Source of the DNA: Nitrospirota bacterium
GTDB taxonomy: Bacteria; Nitrospirota; UBA9217
Direction: 5' to 3'
Assembly: GCA_963818475.1 (NCBI GenBank)
Contig: CAWFSF010000002.1
Location: 32,001-96,000, forward strand
DNA: 64,000 nt
This document shows, in pieces, positions 29,083-40,469 of the stretch; within the stretch, counting starts at the first letter, position 1, and every line of letters begins with the position of its first letter. The notes below the pieces were generated by a model. That model searched no databases. It was not told where the DNA came from and saw nothing but the letters and a program-made list of their open reading frames with translations. A program made the translations under genes and the position numbers.

Positions 29083-31657
29083 TTATGGAAGAACAGCGTT
29101 AAAGAATTCATTGTTCCCCGTATTCGCCAAAGGCGTCGATCCTGTGCCATCGGCATTGACGATGTAGAGATTGGCGTTGCCGTTGTTCTGGTTGCGGATC
29201 AGTACCTTGTCATTCGATGTGGTGGCGACGAGGAACGGTCCCCCGGGAAGAAGGTTCGTGCCCGTACCGTCGGTGTTGACGGCGTACAGAGTGGTCGAAA
29301 CGCCGTTCTCTTTGCTGTAGATCAGCCGTCCGCTCGGCGTTATTCCGATGTAGAATTCCTGGTAAGTTGGGGAATTAGCCAGCACCACGGTTCCCGTGCC
29401 GTCTGCATTTACAGCATACAGATCGCAGAGGCCGTCAATACTCCCGCAACTGGTATAGATGATCCGGCCATCGGGAGCGACGCCGCCGAAGTAGTCATCA
29501 TTGGTTGTGCTCGAGGTCAGAGAAACCAGATTCGTGCCGTCGGCATTGACGATGAAGAGGTCAAACTGCGTTGCGCCAGCGCCGTTGCGCGGCACCTCCC
29601 GTGAAAAGATCACCTTTCCCGTGGCCGTGCTGCCCATATATTGCTCATAGTTCGTGGAAGTAGCCAGCGATACAAGGCCGCTGCCGCTGGTGCCGTAGAG
29701 GTCGCGCTGACCATCGACACGTCTGTTGATGATCACCTGTCCCGTGCTGGTGATACTGGTGGTGCCGCCGATGCTGTATTCGTCGGGCGCGCTGTTGATG
29801 GCCAGGGGAGTGCCAGGACCGCCTGTTTGAGCAACACTGTAAAATCCGCCGGTGCCGAAGCCGGTGGCTATCTCGAGAATGAGCTGACCCGCTGGTGTTT
29901 CTCCGTGAAAACCCGTGTAGTAGGACGGTTCTGTCGCCAGGCCCACCTTGCCGCTTCCATCGGCATTGACAAGGTAGTAGTCGTTGGTGCCGTCTGATTG
30001 CACTTCGCTGTAGATGACCTTGCCGCTCGCGGTCAGGGCTACAAAATCCTCATGCTTTGCGGAATTTGCCAGGACCTGCGTGTTCGTACCGTCGGCATTC
30101 ACGGACCACAGATCGCGTCCTGTAGACTCACCGTCCCGGCGGTAGATCACGCGGCCGGAAACGGTTATAGCGCTGAAGCTCTCGTCGTAGGTGGTGGTGG
30201 CGAGACTCTGCAGGTCGGTGCCGCCGGAGTTGACGCTGTAGAGATCGAGCTGGCCGCCGGTTGCTCGTTGATACACGACACGTCCGCCCGGCGCCACAGC
30301 GGCGAACATCTCGTTATCAGCGGTTTGAGCCAGGGGGACCTCTCCGGTGCCGTCCTCCTTGACCAGGTAGAGATCGTCCTTGCCGGATTGGATGCCGAAA
30401 CCGAGGGTGAACACGATGTTCAGGAGCGCTGAAGTCGGGTTCACGGTCAGGAGCGCGGGATCACTGGTGGCACTGTTCTCACTGTTGGTGGCCACGGCAT
30501 GGAACTGCTGCCCGTCGTAGGACAGGGTCGCACTGCTCACGATCAGCGTATTGCTGGTAGCACTGACGATATTGCTCCAGGTGAGACCGTCGTTCGTGCT
30601 CAGCTGCCATTGCACGGTCGGTGTGGGCGTGCCCGTGAAGGCCACCGTGAACTGGGCGTTCTGCCCTTCGGTGATGGTCACATCGGTCGGCTGCAAGGTG
30701 AAGACGGGTGCGACGGCACCGCTGGTGACCGTCAAGGTCGCCGCGTTGCTGGTGACCGTGCTCACCGTGTTGGTCGCCACGACGCGGAACTGCCGCCCGT
30801 TATTGGGCAAGCCTGCACCGATGACATTGAAGGTGGTGCCCGTCTCGCCGACGATGTCACTCCAACTGCCGCCGCTGTCGGTGCTCAGCTGCCACTGCAG
30901 CGTCGGCGCAGGCGTACCGGTGACGGCCACGGTGAACTGGGTGCTTTGGCCTGCGGTGATGCTGACGCTCGACCGGCTGAGTGGTGAATACAGGCGCTGC
31001 CTGCGCGGCGTTGACGGTCAGCGTTGCAGGATTGCTGGTGATGCTGCCGGTGATGTTGCTGACGAGGACCTGAAATTGGTGGCCATTGTTGCTTAGCGGT
31101 ACCGCCGACAGATTCGACGGTGGCACCGGTTGCCGCGGGAACATTCGGTAAAGCTGCCGCCGCCATCGGTGCTGCGCTGCCACTGGTAGCTGAGCGACGT
31201 GCCGGCTCGCTGTCACCGAGAAGCCGGCGTCTTGTCCTTCGGTGATGGTCTGGTTTGCAGGATGCACACTGATGCCGGGAGCGACTGGCGCTGCAAATAC
31301 GGTCAGCGTAACCGCTGAGCTGGTGACACTGTTGCCCGCGCCCGCGACAACGACACGATACCGGGTCCCGCTGTCGGCGAGTATTGTTATTGCTGTCGAG
31401 TAGCCGGCCGAGGTTGCGCCGGCTATATCCGAAAAGGTGCTGCCGCTGTCGGTGCTGATCTGCCATTGATACCCGGTTGCGTTGCTGGCCGCTACGGTAA
31501 AGGTGGCTGTCGTGCCGGAGACCACACTTTGATCCGTAGGTTGTGTGGTGATGGCCGCAGAAGGTTGGCCTGGTGAGCTGCTGCCACCGCCGCAGGCGGT
31601 GAGCATGGCAAGGACGATCAGGATGGCGACCACGTATATTCCAGGTTTGCTATTCAT
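29083..31657 (-). CDS. Lipoprotein with four Ig-like domains and a TolB-like propeller (frameshifts near 31200, 31130, 30970)
   Basis: LTAC-GGG lipobox; ITTQP..ATFTV..YQWQ..YRVVV repeats; DLYxVNADGT repeats. Confidence 0.8.
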
Positions 31658-31719
31658 AATTCTCCTTTGGTTACAAATGGCGACTATTCAAATCTCGCAC
31701 GAAAGTTTTCCTTCACGTG

Positions 31720-34433
31720 CTAAGGGAATATTTTGCTGAGGCCGCTCCCCGCGCCTGCATTCAGATCGAACACCCGCACCGTTCCCGCTGCCGTACCGTT
31801 GCTCTTCCAGAGCTCATTGCCGCTGCTGCCGTCATCGGCAAGGAAGTATAGCGTGCCGTTGAAGCCGGTGAGATTGGACACGTTACCGCCGAAACCTGCG
31901 GTTGAGTTGATATCCTTGACCAGCACCGTACCCGCCGCTGTGCCGTCGCTCTTCCACAGCTCCTGCCCGCTGACGTCATCGTAAGCAGAGAAGAAAAGCG
32001 TACTGCCCACAGCAGTGAAACCTGCGGGGCCGCTGCTTGCCGCACCCGTGTTCATATCCTTGACCAGCACCGTGCCTGCCTCGGTGCCGTCGCTTTTCCA
32101 CAACTCCCTGCCGTTGGCTGCATCGGCAGCACTGAAGTAGAGCGTGCTTCCGATGACGGCGAAATCGACGGGGTAGCCGTCGCCTGCACCTGCGTTGATA
32201 TCCTTGACCAGCACCGTGCCCGCATCCGAACCGTCGCTCTTCCACAGTTCATAGCCGTTGCTGCCGTCGTTCGCCGGAAAGTAGATCGTGCTGCCCATGA
32301 CCGTGAATGGTCCTGGATAGCTGTAGCCTGTTCCCGTATCAATGATCTTGACCAGCACCGTGCCTGCCTCGGTGCCGTCGCTTTTCCACAGTTCATAACC
32401 GTTGGTGCTATCGTTGGCATTGAAGTAGAGCGTGTCACCGACGACAGTGAGATAGTAAGGGTCGCCATAACCTGCACCGGCGTTGATGTCCTTGACCTGC
32501 ACCGTGCCTGCCTCCGTGCCGTCGCTCTTCCACAGTTCATTGCCATTGGTTCCGTTGCTGGCAGAGAAGTAGAGCGTGTCGCCGAATGCGGTCAGGTTGC
32601 GGATACTACTGGCGTCCGAGCCGGGCCAGATATCCTTGACCATCACCGTGCCTGCTGTTGTGCCGTCGCTTTTCCACAACTCCCGTCCGGTGGACTCGGT
32701 GTAGGCTTCAAAGAAGAACATGCTGCCGGCGACGGTGAGCTGCGAGATCATGCTGCTGCCTGTGGGGTTGGTGGCCTTGACGATCGTGGTTCCGGCTGCG
32801 GTCCCGTCGCTGCGCCACAATTTGTCCGCGGTGCTCGACCCGTCTGAAGCGCCGAAGTAGCTGATCCCGCTGATCGTGACCAGGGAGGTCAGATTCGAAG
32901 CCGTAGCTGACCGTCCCGATATCGGCGACCATGGTGGTGCCTGCCTCGGTGCCGTCGCTGCGCCACAGTTCAAGCCCGTGGACGCCGTCGGAGCCGTCGA
33001 AGTATACGAACGTGCCGACAGCGATCATCTTTGCGGTCATGTAAGTGGATACGCCGTTCCCCGTACCGGGATTGATGTCTCGCACCGTGACGGTGCCGGC
33101 CGCGGTGCCGTCGGTCTTCCACAGCTCGTAGCCGTTGTCCATCGGCGGCCACAAAGAACAGAGTGCTGCCGACAGCAGTAAAGTTCGCAGGACCGCTGCC
33201 GTTTCCGCCCGGTAGGATGTCCTTGACCAGCACGGTGCCGGCCGCAGTTCCGTCGCTCTTCCACAACTCGACCCCAGCGGTGGCGTCTGATGCGCGAAAG
33301 TAGACCGAACTGCCGACGGCAGTTATGAAGTCGGGGATATAATTATAGCCTGGCTCCGGGGTAGATATCCTTAACCAGCACCGTGCCGACCGTCGTGCCG
33401 TCGCTCTTCCATAATTCACAGCCGTTGGTCCCGTCAGAGGCAGCGAAGTAGAGCGTGCTTCCGGCGACAGTAAGCTCGCCGCTGTAGCTGCTGCTGCCCG
33501 CACCGGGGTAAATGTCCTTGACCAGCTACCGTGCCGCCCGTGGTGCCGTCGCTCTTCCATAATTCCCTGCCGGTGGCCGCCTCATTCGCATAGAAGTAAA
33601 GCGTGCTGCCGACGGGAGCGAGGTTTCCGACTATGCCGATGTCCTTCACCATCACGGTTCCCGCTGCCGTACCGTCGCTCTTCCACAGTTGTTCGGACAC
33701 ACCATCCCAGGCCGTAAGGTAAAGTGAACCGTCCATGACGCTGAAGCGCCATGGATCGCTGCCGCCAGCGCCGGCACTGTATGTCCTTGACCAGTTCGGT
33801 GCCGGCTGCAGTGCCATCGCTCTTCCAGAACTCATAGCCGTTTGCGCCGTCGGAAGCCGCGAAATAGAGCGTACTGCCCACCGCGGTAAGCCCGCCGTCG
33901 ACGGAGATGCCGTCCGCAATGGAGTTGTCGATGTCCTTGACCAGCGCGGTGCCCGCTGTCGTGCCGTCGCTCCTCCACAGCTCATTGCCGTGCGTGCCGT
34001 CGTCAGCCAGGAAGTAGAGCACGCTGCCGACAGGAGTGAGCAGGATCGGCGTACTATCCCCCGCCCCCGGGTTGATGTCCTTTACCAGCGAGGTGCCTCC
34101 GGCGGTGCCGTCCGTCTTCCAGAGCTCCCGTCCTGCGGCCCCGTTGCTTGCCGCAAAATAGGTCACCCCTCCGATCGATGCCAGGTTCTGAGGGTCGGAA
34201 TCGCTGTTGGTGTTGATGTCCTTTACCAGCCTGGTCCCGGCGGCAGTGCCGTCGGTCAGGAACAATTCGTTTCCGGTCGTGCCGTTGTCTGCGCTTATGT
34301 AGAAGCTGGGACCGGGTGCGCTCGCCGACCCGCCTCCCCCGCCGCCTCCGCAGTTGACGAGCGCGACCGATGCGATCAGAGCAAGCGCTGCGATTACAAC
34401 AAAACCGGATCTCTTTCTAGTGGTAGTGCTCAT
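31720..34433 (-). CDS. ELWxxDGT-repeat surface lipoprotein (multiple frameshifts)
   Basis: LVNC-GGGGGGG lipobox; more than 12 G.ELWKSDGT.AGT.LVKDI repeats across frames. Confidence 0.85.
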
Positions 34434-34510
34434 ATGGAACCTCCCTTTGACAGGTGTTGGAATGACTCAGATGATAATCTTCACGCGATAGTATCCACTG
34501 CCGCGCTTAC

Positions 34511-34699
34511 TCAGTTTCCGATTTTCCGTTTTTTTTCTTCTCCGGGATGACAGGCCTGCCTGCAGCCCAGGATGGCCCGCAGTTCTTCAAAGTTCATGAA
34601 CGTCCGTTCCTGGTTGACTTCCACGAGCTCTACCAGCCCCACGAGGTCCTGGGGGCTGCTGCTGTTCCTGCGATAGATCCGAACGACATAGCTGTCCAT
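34511..34699 (-). CDS. Small conserved-looking hypothetical protein (62 aa)
   Basis: MDSYVVRIYRR...LVGLVELVE...TFMNFEELRAIL; AAGGAG RBS. Confidence 0.7.
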   Translation of the reverse strand: MDSYVVRIYRRNSSSPQDLVGLVELVEVNQERTFMNFEELRAILGCRQACHPGEEKKRKIGN

Positions 34700-34737
34700 A
34701 AAACGCTCCTTGGTGCGGGCTCGGTTTGTACGACTGC

Positions 34738-34771
34738 AGCGTAACCGGGAGCAACCCACAGATGACCCACG
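34738..34771 (-). promoter_or_regulatory. Candidate SARP-type promoter: heptamer direct repeats upstream of a -10 box
   Basis: CGTGGGT-CATC-TGTGGGT (11-bp period), then TACGCT 10 nt downstream. Confidence 0.4.
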
Positions 34772-34935
34772 GATTCTTTTTTTTACATGAAGGGGAACGG
34801 GTGTTTTAACGATCGGGGAAAGGAATACAGTTCATTGAATTGATTCAACAATCGAAAATATCAGGCGAGAGCAAAGAAGGATCTATCAGAAGACGCAAAG
34901 TCAGAGCTTGAGGAGGGATGGCGTTTGGCGTTCCG

Positions 34936-37900
34936 TCAGGTCATGATCGATTGATAGAGGTCTTCGGTTTTGCGGGAGGGGGTGATGCCGAGCGACGAGA
35001 GCAGCAGGGTGCGGCAGCGGTTGTAGATGGAAACCGCCTCTGCGCGCTGGCCCAGTTCCTGATAACAGACCATGAGATGCTGATAGAATTCTTCGGCAAG
35101 GCCGTCCACCTCGATCCCCTTTTGGAAGATCTCAACGGCCTTTTGCCACTCCCGGTGCTGTTCCCAGTGAACGCCCGCTCGAAGGATGAGCCGGAGCACC
35201 TTGCTGCGCAGGCGCTCACGGGCAGAAAGCGCCCAGGGATGCGAGGAATCATTGGGCAGGAAATGGCCCCGGTACAGACCCAGAGCCTTGTCGCTCAAGC
35301 GCAATGCCTGCCCGGCATCACGTGAAGGTCCTCCGTTCTTCCAGGCCCTGTCGGCTGTCTCGATAAGACCTTCCAGCTCCCGGACGTCGACCCAGCAGCG
35401 GGAGAGATCCAGGGACAGGCGGCGCTCCTGCAGTTGAACGATATCGTCGCTCTTGATCAGCTTTCGCAGGCGCTGCACGGTCATTTCAAAGGACTTATGG
35501 GCCAGATCACCGTCCGCGTCCGGCCAGAGGATGTCGGCGAACTGCTCCTCGGCAACATCCTTCCCGCCCAGGGCGATCAGCGCTTTGAGCAGGGCGAGCG
35601 GTTTCTGCTGTACCTTTCCCGAGAAAAGCATCGGTTTCCCGTTGCTGACCAGTTCGAACCGCCCGAGCGTGAGGATCCTTAAAGGCCAGGGCCAGGAGTC
35701 GCTTGCCGAGCCCGGCGGCATGAGGGAGCGCTTGCGTATCAGGTCGTGCACATACCCGGTTTCGAGACCGGCATCGAGGGCACGGGAGCAGAGCCTGCTC
35801 ATTACGTCGCTCCGCCACCAGTAAAAATTCGTATAGCCTTCCTTTCGTCCCAGGGTCATGGCTTGCGCAAGCGGTGCGAGAACTTTCGAGTCCTCACCCC
35901 GGTCCAGGGCGATCTGCGCCTGGCTCAGGAAATACATGAATTCAAGGATCCGGCTCTTCATCCGGACGGCGATGCGGAGGGCCTGCGCCAGCTGAGGCAT
36001 GGCCGCCTCATCCTCGCCCTGCTTGTGCAGGACCTGCGCAAGAGCGATGCGGGATATTCCCTCATGGAACGGGGTCCCCGCTTCAAGAGCGAGGCGCAGC
36101 GCCTCCTCCACCTGGTGACGGGCCCGGGACAGATCGCGACGTACCAGCGCCTCCCATGCGCTATTGTATCGAAACATGCAGGCGTCGACTCGACGGGACT
36201 CGACGAAAGCGAGTTCCATCTTTTGCAGATACTCTGCGGCCTCTCCCGGATTTCCCTCGCTCAGAGCGTTGAGCGCCCCCTGGGAGTAGAGCTGCGAATT
36301 CCAGATGACAACGCCGGTTTCCGATGCAAGCTCCAATCCTTTGACAACGGCCTTTCTGCAGAGATCATGATTGCCCATCCGCACCTGGTATACCGCTTCG
36401 ACGATCCTGCTCAGGATCTGCGCGAGCGGCGAGGCGTCGTGACGTGGCCGCTGACTCCCGAACTCCCTTGATCACGAATTCAGCGCCGGCATGGTCCCCG
36501 ATCCAGAGATAATAAAGCTCCAGGTAAACATTGATGAAGCTCTTGAGCCTGATGTTCGTGCTCTTCTGTGCAATGGCCCGCGCACGGTCGGCCCACGTCC
36601 TGATATCCCGGTGATGCGGCTGGCGCAAGGTCAGCGCAAAGAGCATGCTGGTGGTGACGCGCGCGTCGATCTCCGGCGACGGGAACTCGGGGATGCCGCT
36701 GCATGAGGTCATCGAGCAGGCTTATCCACCGATCAGCCTGGGTGAACTCTCCCCAGCCCAGGAAAATTGCTTCCATCACGCCTGACCAGGAAAGGAACAA
36801 ACCTGCAGGGTCGATGATGCTGTTGAAAAGTTCGAAGGCGTGTTCAAAATGCCGCTGGCTCTCCGCGGGGTTGAAAGGCAGCCTGCACGCGCCGATCCAG
36901 TATTTCAGCCAGGGGTCGCTCTCCCGGTAGCCCTCGGGGAAACCGCTCAACCATCCTTCCAGTGTCTGGGTGCGGCCCTGGCTGATCAGTGCTTGCGCCC
37001 AGGTGTTGATCAGCCGGGCAAGCTCATCCCACGCGCCGGCGACGCACAGCAGATCAGCCGCCGGCTCCACCTGGCCGCTCCGTTCCAGCAGCAATGCCGC
37101 TTTTTTTCGCAGCTCGATCCGGCGCTCGGCGGACTGGACCCGGTCCGCGCGGAACAACAGGAATTCGCGGAACAGCGGATGATACTGATAGACGGTATCG
37201 GCGGACAAGCGCCGATCGGTAAAAAAATGATTACGGCTGAGCTCGGCCAGAATGGTGTGGGACGATTCGTTTCCCGTCAGTTCCTGAACAACGGGCACGG
37301 TCATGGTCGGCAAACAGGCGGACGTCAGCAGGAACTGCTGCGTTTCGCGGTCCGCCTTTTCAAAGAGCTCTCCCGCAAAATAGTGAAAGATCTCTTCCCG
37401 CGTAAAGTTGTCGATGGACATCCGGTTGGGGGCCGTCGTTCGCAGCTGCTCCAGCATAAGCACGATCCCGGCGGCCCAGCCCTCGGTGAAGCGGTACAAC
37501 TGCGCCATGACCGCATCGGGCAGCTGGTTCTTTCCGGCCAGAGAGAGCTTGCGGGCCTCCTCAAGGCTGAACTTGAGGTCCTCCCATCCGATAAAGCTCA
37601 TTGCGTTCAATGTCCGGAGGCGGGCAAAGGCGGGCCCCGGTTCGCTGCGGCTGATGAGGATCACGGTAACACCGTCGGGGATCGAGGTCAGGGCTTCGAC
37701 CATGATCTCGTGAAAGCGCGATTCAGCAGGAACGTCCTGGTAATTGTCGAACACAAGAGTATAGGGCGGTTTGAGCCTGCTGTAGAGGTTCTCGAAGTAT
37801 CGCCGGGCAAAGATGGAGACGCCGTGCAGGTATTCCGTGGTCAGGAACGGAAGGGGCGTGCGATTTCTCGGCGCAGCCTTCCGGGCGGCAAGGCACAGGT

Positions 37901-38141
37901 AATAGAAGAAACTGGCAATATCGGCGTCGCCTTCGTCGGCCTGGTACCACAGACAGGGCAGTTTCCGCTCGTCCAGATAGCTGGACACGAAGGTCGTTTT
38001 TCCGCTGCCGGCGGGACCGGAAACCCAGACCACGGACCGTTTCCGGCTATCGTCCAGCAAGGTGAACAGTCGCTTTCGGGCAAAGGCCCCCGAAATATTC
38101 GGCCGGCTTATCTTGGCGATGGCGGCAATCTTCTTATGCAT
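34936..38141 (-). CDS. MalT-like STAND ATPase-TPR regulator with C-terminal wHTH-BTAD (frameshifts near 36695 and 36440)
   Basis: GPAGSGKT, LVFDNYQ, TEGWAAG, YQYHPLFREFL; LRILTLGRFEL, LWPDADGD, CWVDV, ALGLYRGHFL, EEFYQHLM, LGITPS. Confidence 0.88.
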
Positions 38142-38370
38142 GCTCGTCGGGGCTTCTCATGAGATGTCGCAATGGGCAAAAAGGAGCGTCCTGCAAAGCA
38201 TGTTTCCTTACCTGCAGGCTGGCTCGTTTCTGCAAAATACTGCAAGTCGAAGATGAACGCAAGGTATAATTATCTCTTTCTCATTTATCCTTTCTCCTTC
38301 GGGAGAGGGCTGGGTGAGGGGGACTTTTCAGGATGGAGCAATATTTATGGTTTCGTAAGTAGTCCCCTGT

Positions 38371-38460
38371 GCCGTCATTGCGAGGAGCGAAGCGAAGCGG
38401 CAATCTCAGTTTTTTAACATGAGACAAAAGGCGAGATTGCTTCGCTGCGCTCGCAAAGAC
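38371..38460. repeat. Inverted pair of REP-like palindromes
   Basis: GTCATTGCGAGGAGCGAAGCGAAGCGGCAATCTC ... GAGATTGCTTCGCTGCGCTCGCAAAGAC. Confidence 0.7.
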
Positions 38461-38598
38461 AGCTTTCTCTACTTTTTAAGAATGTATCAATAGTTAATTC
38501 GTCACCAGATTTGCCCGAACAGGATCTTTCAGGGGGTATGCTGAGACTCGAGACTACGAACGTGGCTGCAGCTGCAGGCAGTACACTATCAAGCGCCG

Positions 38599-39285
38599 CT
38601 ATTTTTTAAAGCGAAGGAACCTGGGCAACTGCTCCCTGGAGGTTGCCAGGCGGAGGATGAAGCGCTCTTCAAGGGAAAGGGAAGGGTCTATCGATCCGTG
38701 GGCAGGCGGCGTATCAGGACTGTAGACCAGCATGTGGAAGGCCACCGAAGTTACCGGCGCGTCCTGGAGCGGGAGGCGCTCGATATGGGAAACGAATTCG
38801 ATCCAACGGTCGGCCATCTCGATGAACAGGGCCGTGTCCTGTTCCTGCAGATAGGCGGCAACCGATTTTGAGGGCGCCGGCACAAGGCCGGAACAGCGGT
38901 TCACTTCAGGGAGCACAATATGAGATCGGCCGCTCTCGAAGACCCTGCCGAGCGGGAACAGGCGGCAGGCAAGCGGCCGCGCTTCGTAGATCCGGCAGCC
39001 CGTCGCGGTCCAGAAATGGCAGGCCGGATCGCGCGGCAGCATGACGAGCGGAAAGCCTTTCGCCCGGTCCGTGTCGAGAACGTCGAGCAGGTCCTCGTAG
39101 GACAGGCCGGACGCTTTGCAGATCCGGGCGATCTCGTAGGGGTTCAGGACGATGGGGGCAGTCGCTTTGCAGCAGGTGGAGCTGCACCCGGCAGCGCCGC
39201 AGGTCAGCTGCAGCAGGTCGGCGTCCGCCAGCACCGGGGCATCGGCGCCGGCAACGGTTATGGATAGTACCGGCTTGTTCGGCAT
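38599..39285 (-). CDS. YkgJ-family Cys-cluster (Zn/Fe-S) protein
   Basis: CGAAGCSSTCC, CHFW...CRIYEARPLACRLFP. Confidence 0.85.
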   Translation of the reverse strand: MPNKPVLSITVAGADAPVLADADLLQLTCGAAGCSSTCCKATAPIVLNPYEIARICKASGLSYEDLLDVLDTDRAKGFPLVMLPRDPACHFWTATGCRIYEARPLACRLFPLGRVFESGRSHIVLPEVNRCSGLVPAPSKSVAAYLQEQDTALFIEMADRWIEFVSHIERLPLQDAPVTSVAFHMLVYSPDTPPAHGSIDPSLSLEERFILRLATSREQLPRFLRFKK

Positions 39286-39304
39286 GAAACACCTACAAAA
39301 ACAG

Positions 39305-39414
39305 TGGACGCGGATCTACGCGGATGAACGCGGATAAACCATGATGGTAGTGGTTACGATCAACCCCTTCGCATCAGATTGTAATCCGCATTTTCCGCGT
39401 AAATCTGCGTCCAA
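39305..39414. repeat. Palindromic element of ACGCGGAT repeats
   Basis: TGGACGCGGATCTACGCGGATGAACGCGGAT ... ATCCGCATTTTCCGCGTAAATCTGCGTCCA. Confidence 0.7.
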
Positions 39415-39434
39415 ATGATTATTCGCTTTTTTCC

Positions 39435-40346
39435 TTACTTCCCGATCAGCCGTCCGCCCGACTTCGCATGCCACACCACGAGGATGGGGCTTGCCACGAA
39501 GATCGAGGAATAGGTCCCGACGATCACGCCCATGAGCAGCGCGATCGAGAAGTCGTGCAGCACGTCCCCGCCGAACAGCACGAGCGGAATGAGCACCAGC
39601 ACCACGGTCAGGGAAGTGACGATGGTGCGCGAAAGCACTTCATTGATGCTGGTGTTCACCAGCTTCGGCAGGGGATCGCGCTTGGTCTTCTTCAGGTTCT
39701 CCCGGATCCGGTCGAAGACCACCACGGTGTCGGTAAGCGAATACCCGGCGAGCGTCAGGAGCGCCGTCACGATCAGCAGATTGATCTCCCAGTGCAGGAT
39801 ATAGAAGATGCCGAGCACGGCCATGATGTCATGGAAGGTAGCGAACGCCGCTGCAACGCCGAACTTGAACTCGAACCGGAAGGCGATGTACACGATGATC
39901 GCGAGCAGCGCGACCACGAGAGCCCTGAGGGCGTCTTTCTGCAGGGCCTGTCCGATCACCGGCCCGATCTCGGTGATCTTTATGCTTTCAGGATCGTAGA
40001 GGTTGTTCGGGAATTCCTGTTTGAAGATCGTCTGGATCTTGTCCGACGTTCCTTCGGTCTCACGCACCTTGATCAGGAGCGTGTTTCCCTCGCCCACTTC
40101 CTGGATCGATGCGCCCTGGAAGCCGTTCTTTTCAAGCGCAGCGCGCGCCTGGTCAACCTGCAGCGCTTCCTTGAAGCTGAGCTGCACCGTGGTGCCGCCC
40201 ACGAAGTCGATGCCGAGGTTGGCCTTGTGCCTGCCGACCTGCACAACGCCCACGAGCCCCAGCGCAATGAACAGGGCGGCGACGGTGAACGAGACGTTCT
40301 TCCATCCCATGAAATCGATATTGGTCTTACCGAGAATATGAAGCAT
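39435..40346 (-). CDS. secF: Protein translocase subunit SecF
   Basis: GIDFVGG, GYSLTDTVVVFDRIRE, LSRTIVTS, GTYSSIFVA. Confidence 0.96.
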   Translation of the reverse strand: MLHILGKTNIDFMGWKNVSFTVAALFIALGLVGVVQVGRHKANLGIDFVGGTTVQLSFKEALQVDQARAALEKNGFQGASIQEVGEGNTLLIKVRETEGTSDKIQTIFKQEFPNNLYDPESIKITEIGPVIGQALQKDALRALVVALLAIIVYIAFRFEFKFGVAAAFATFHDIMAVLGIFYILHWEINLLIVTALLTLAGYSLTDTVVVFDRIRENLKKTKRDPLPKLVNTSINEVLSRTIVTSLTVVLVLIPLVLFGGDVLHDFSIALLMGVIVGTYSSIFVASPILVVWHAKSGGRLIGK

Positions 40347-40469
40347 TGTTTCCTCCGAGAACAACAATGAAAATTAAGATCACTGATTGCGTCTTTGCAG
40401 GCGCACGAAGAAGTTTTTGCACTGCGGCCTTCTCCGTGTCTCCGTGCTCTCCGTGGTAAGAGCTCCCGC

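Noticed and set aside
24582-34433. Diversity-generating retroelement or DNA-level repeat array
   Set aside because: Repeats are protein-level propeller blades with synonymous divergence; no reverse transcriptase and no adenine-specific TR/VR pair was seen.
34865-34915. c-di-GMP-I riboswitch (GCAAA...GACGCAAAG)
   Set aside because: No GNRA-capped P2 stem can be formed, and the orientation is opposite to the flanking genes.
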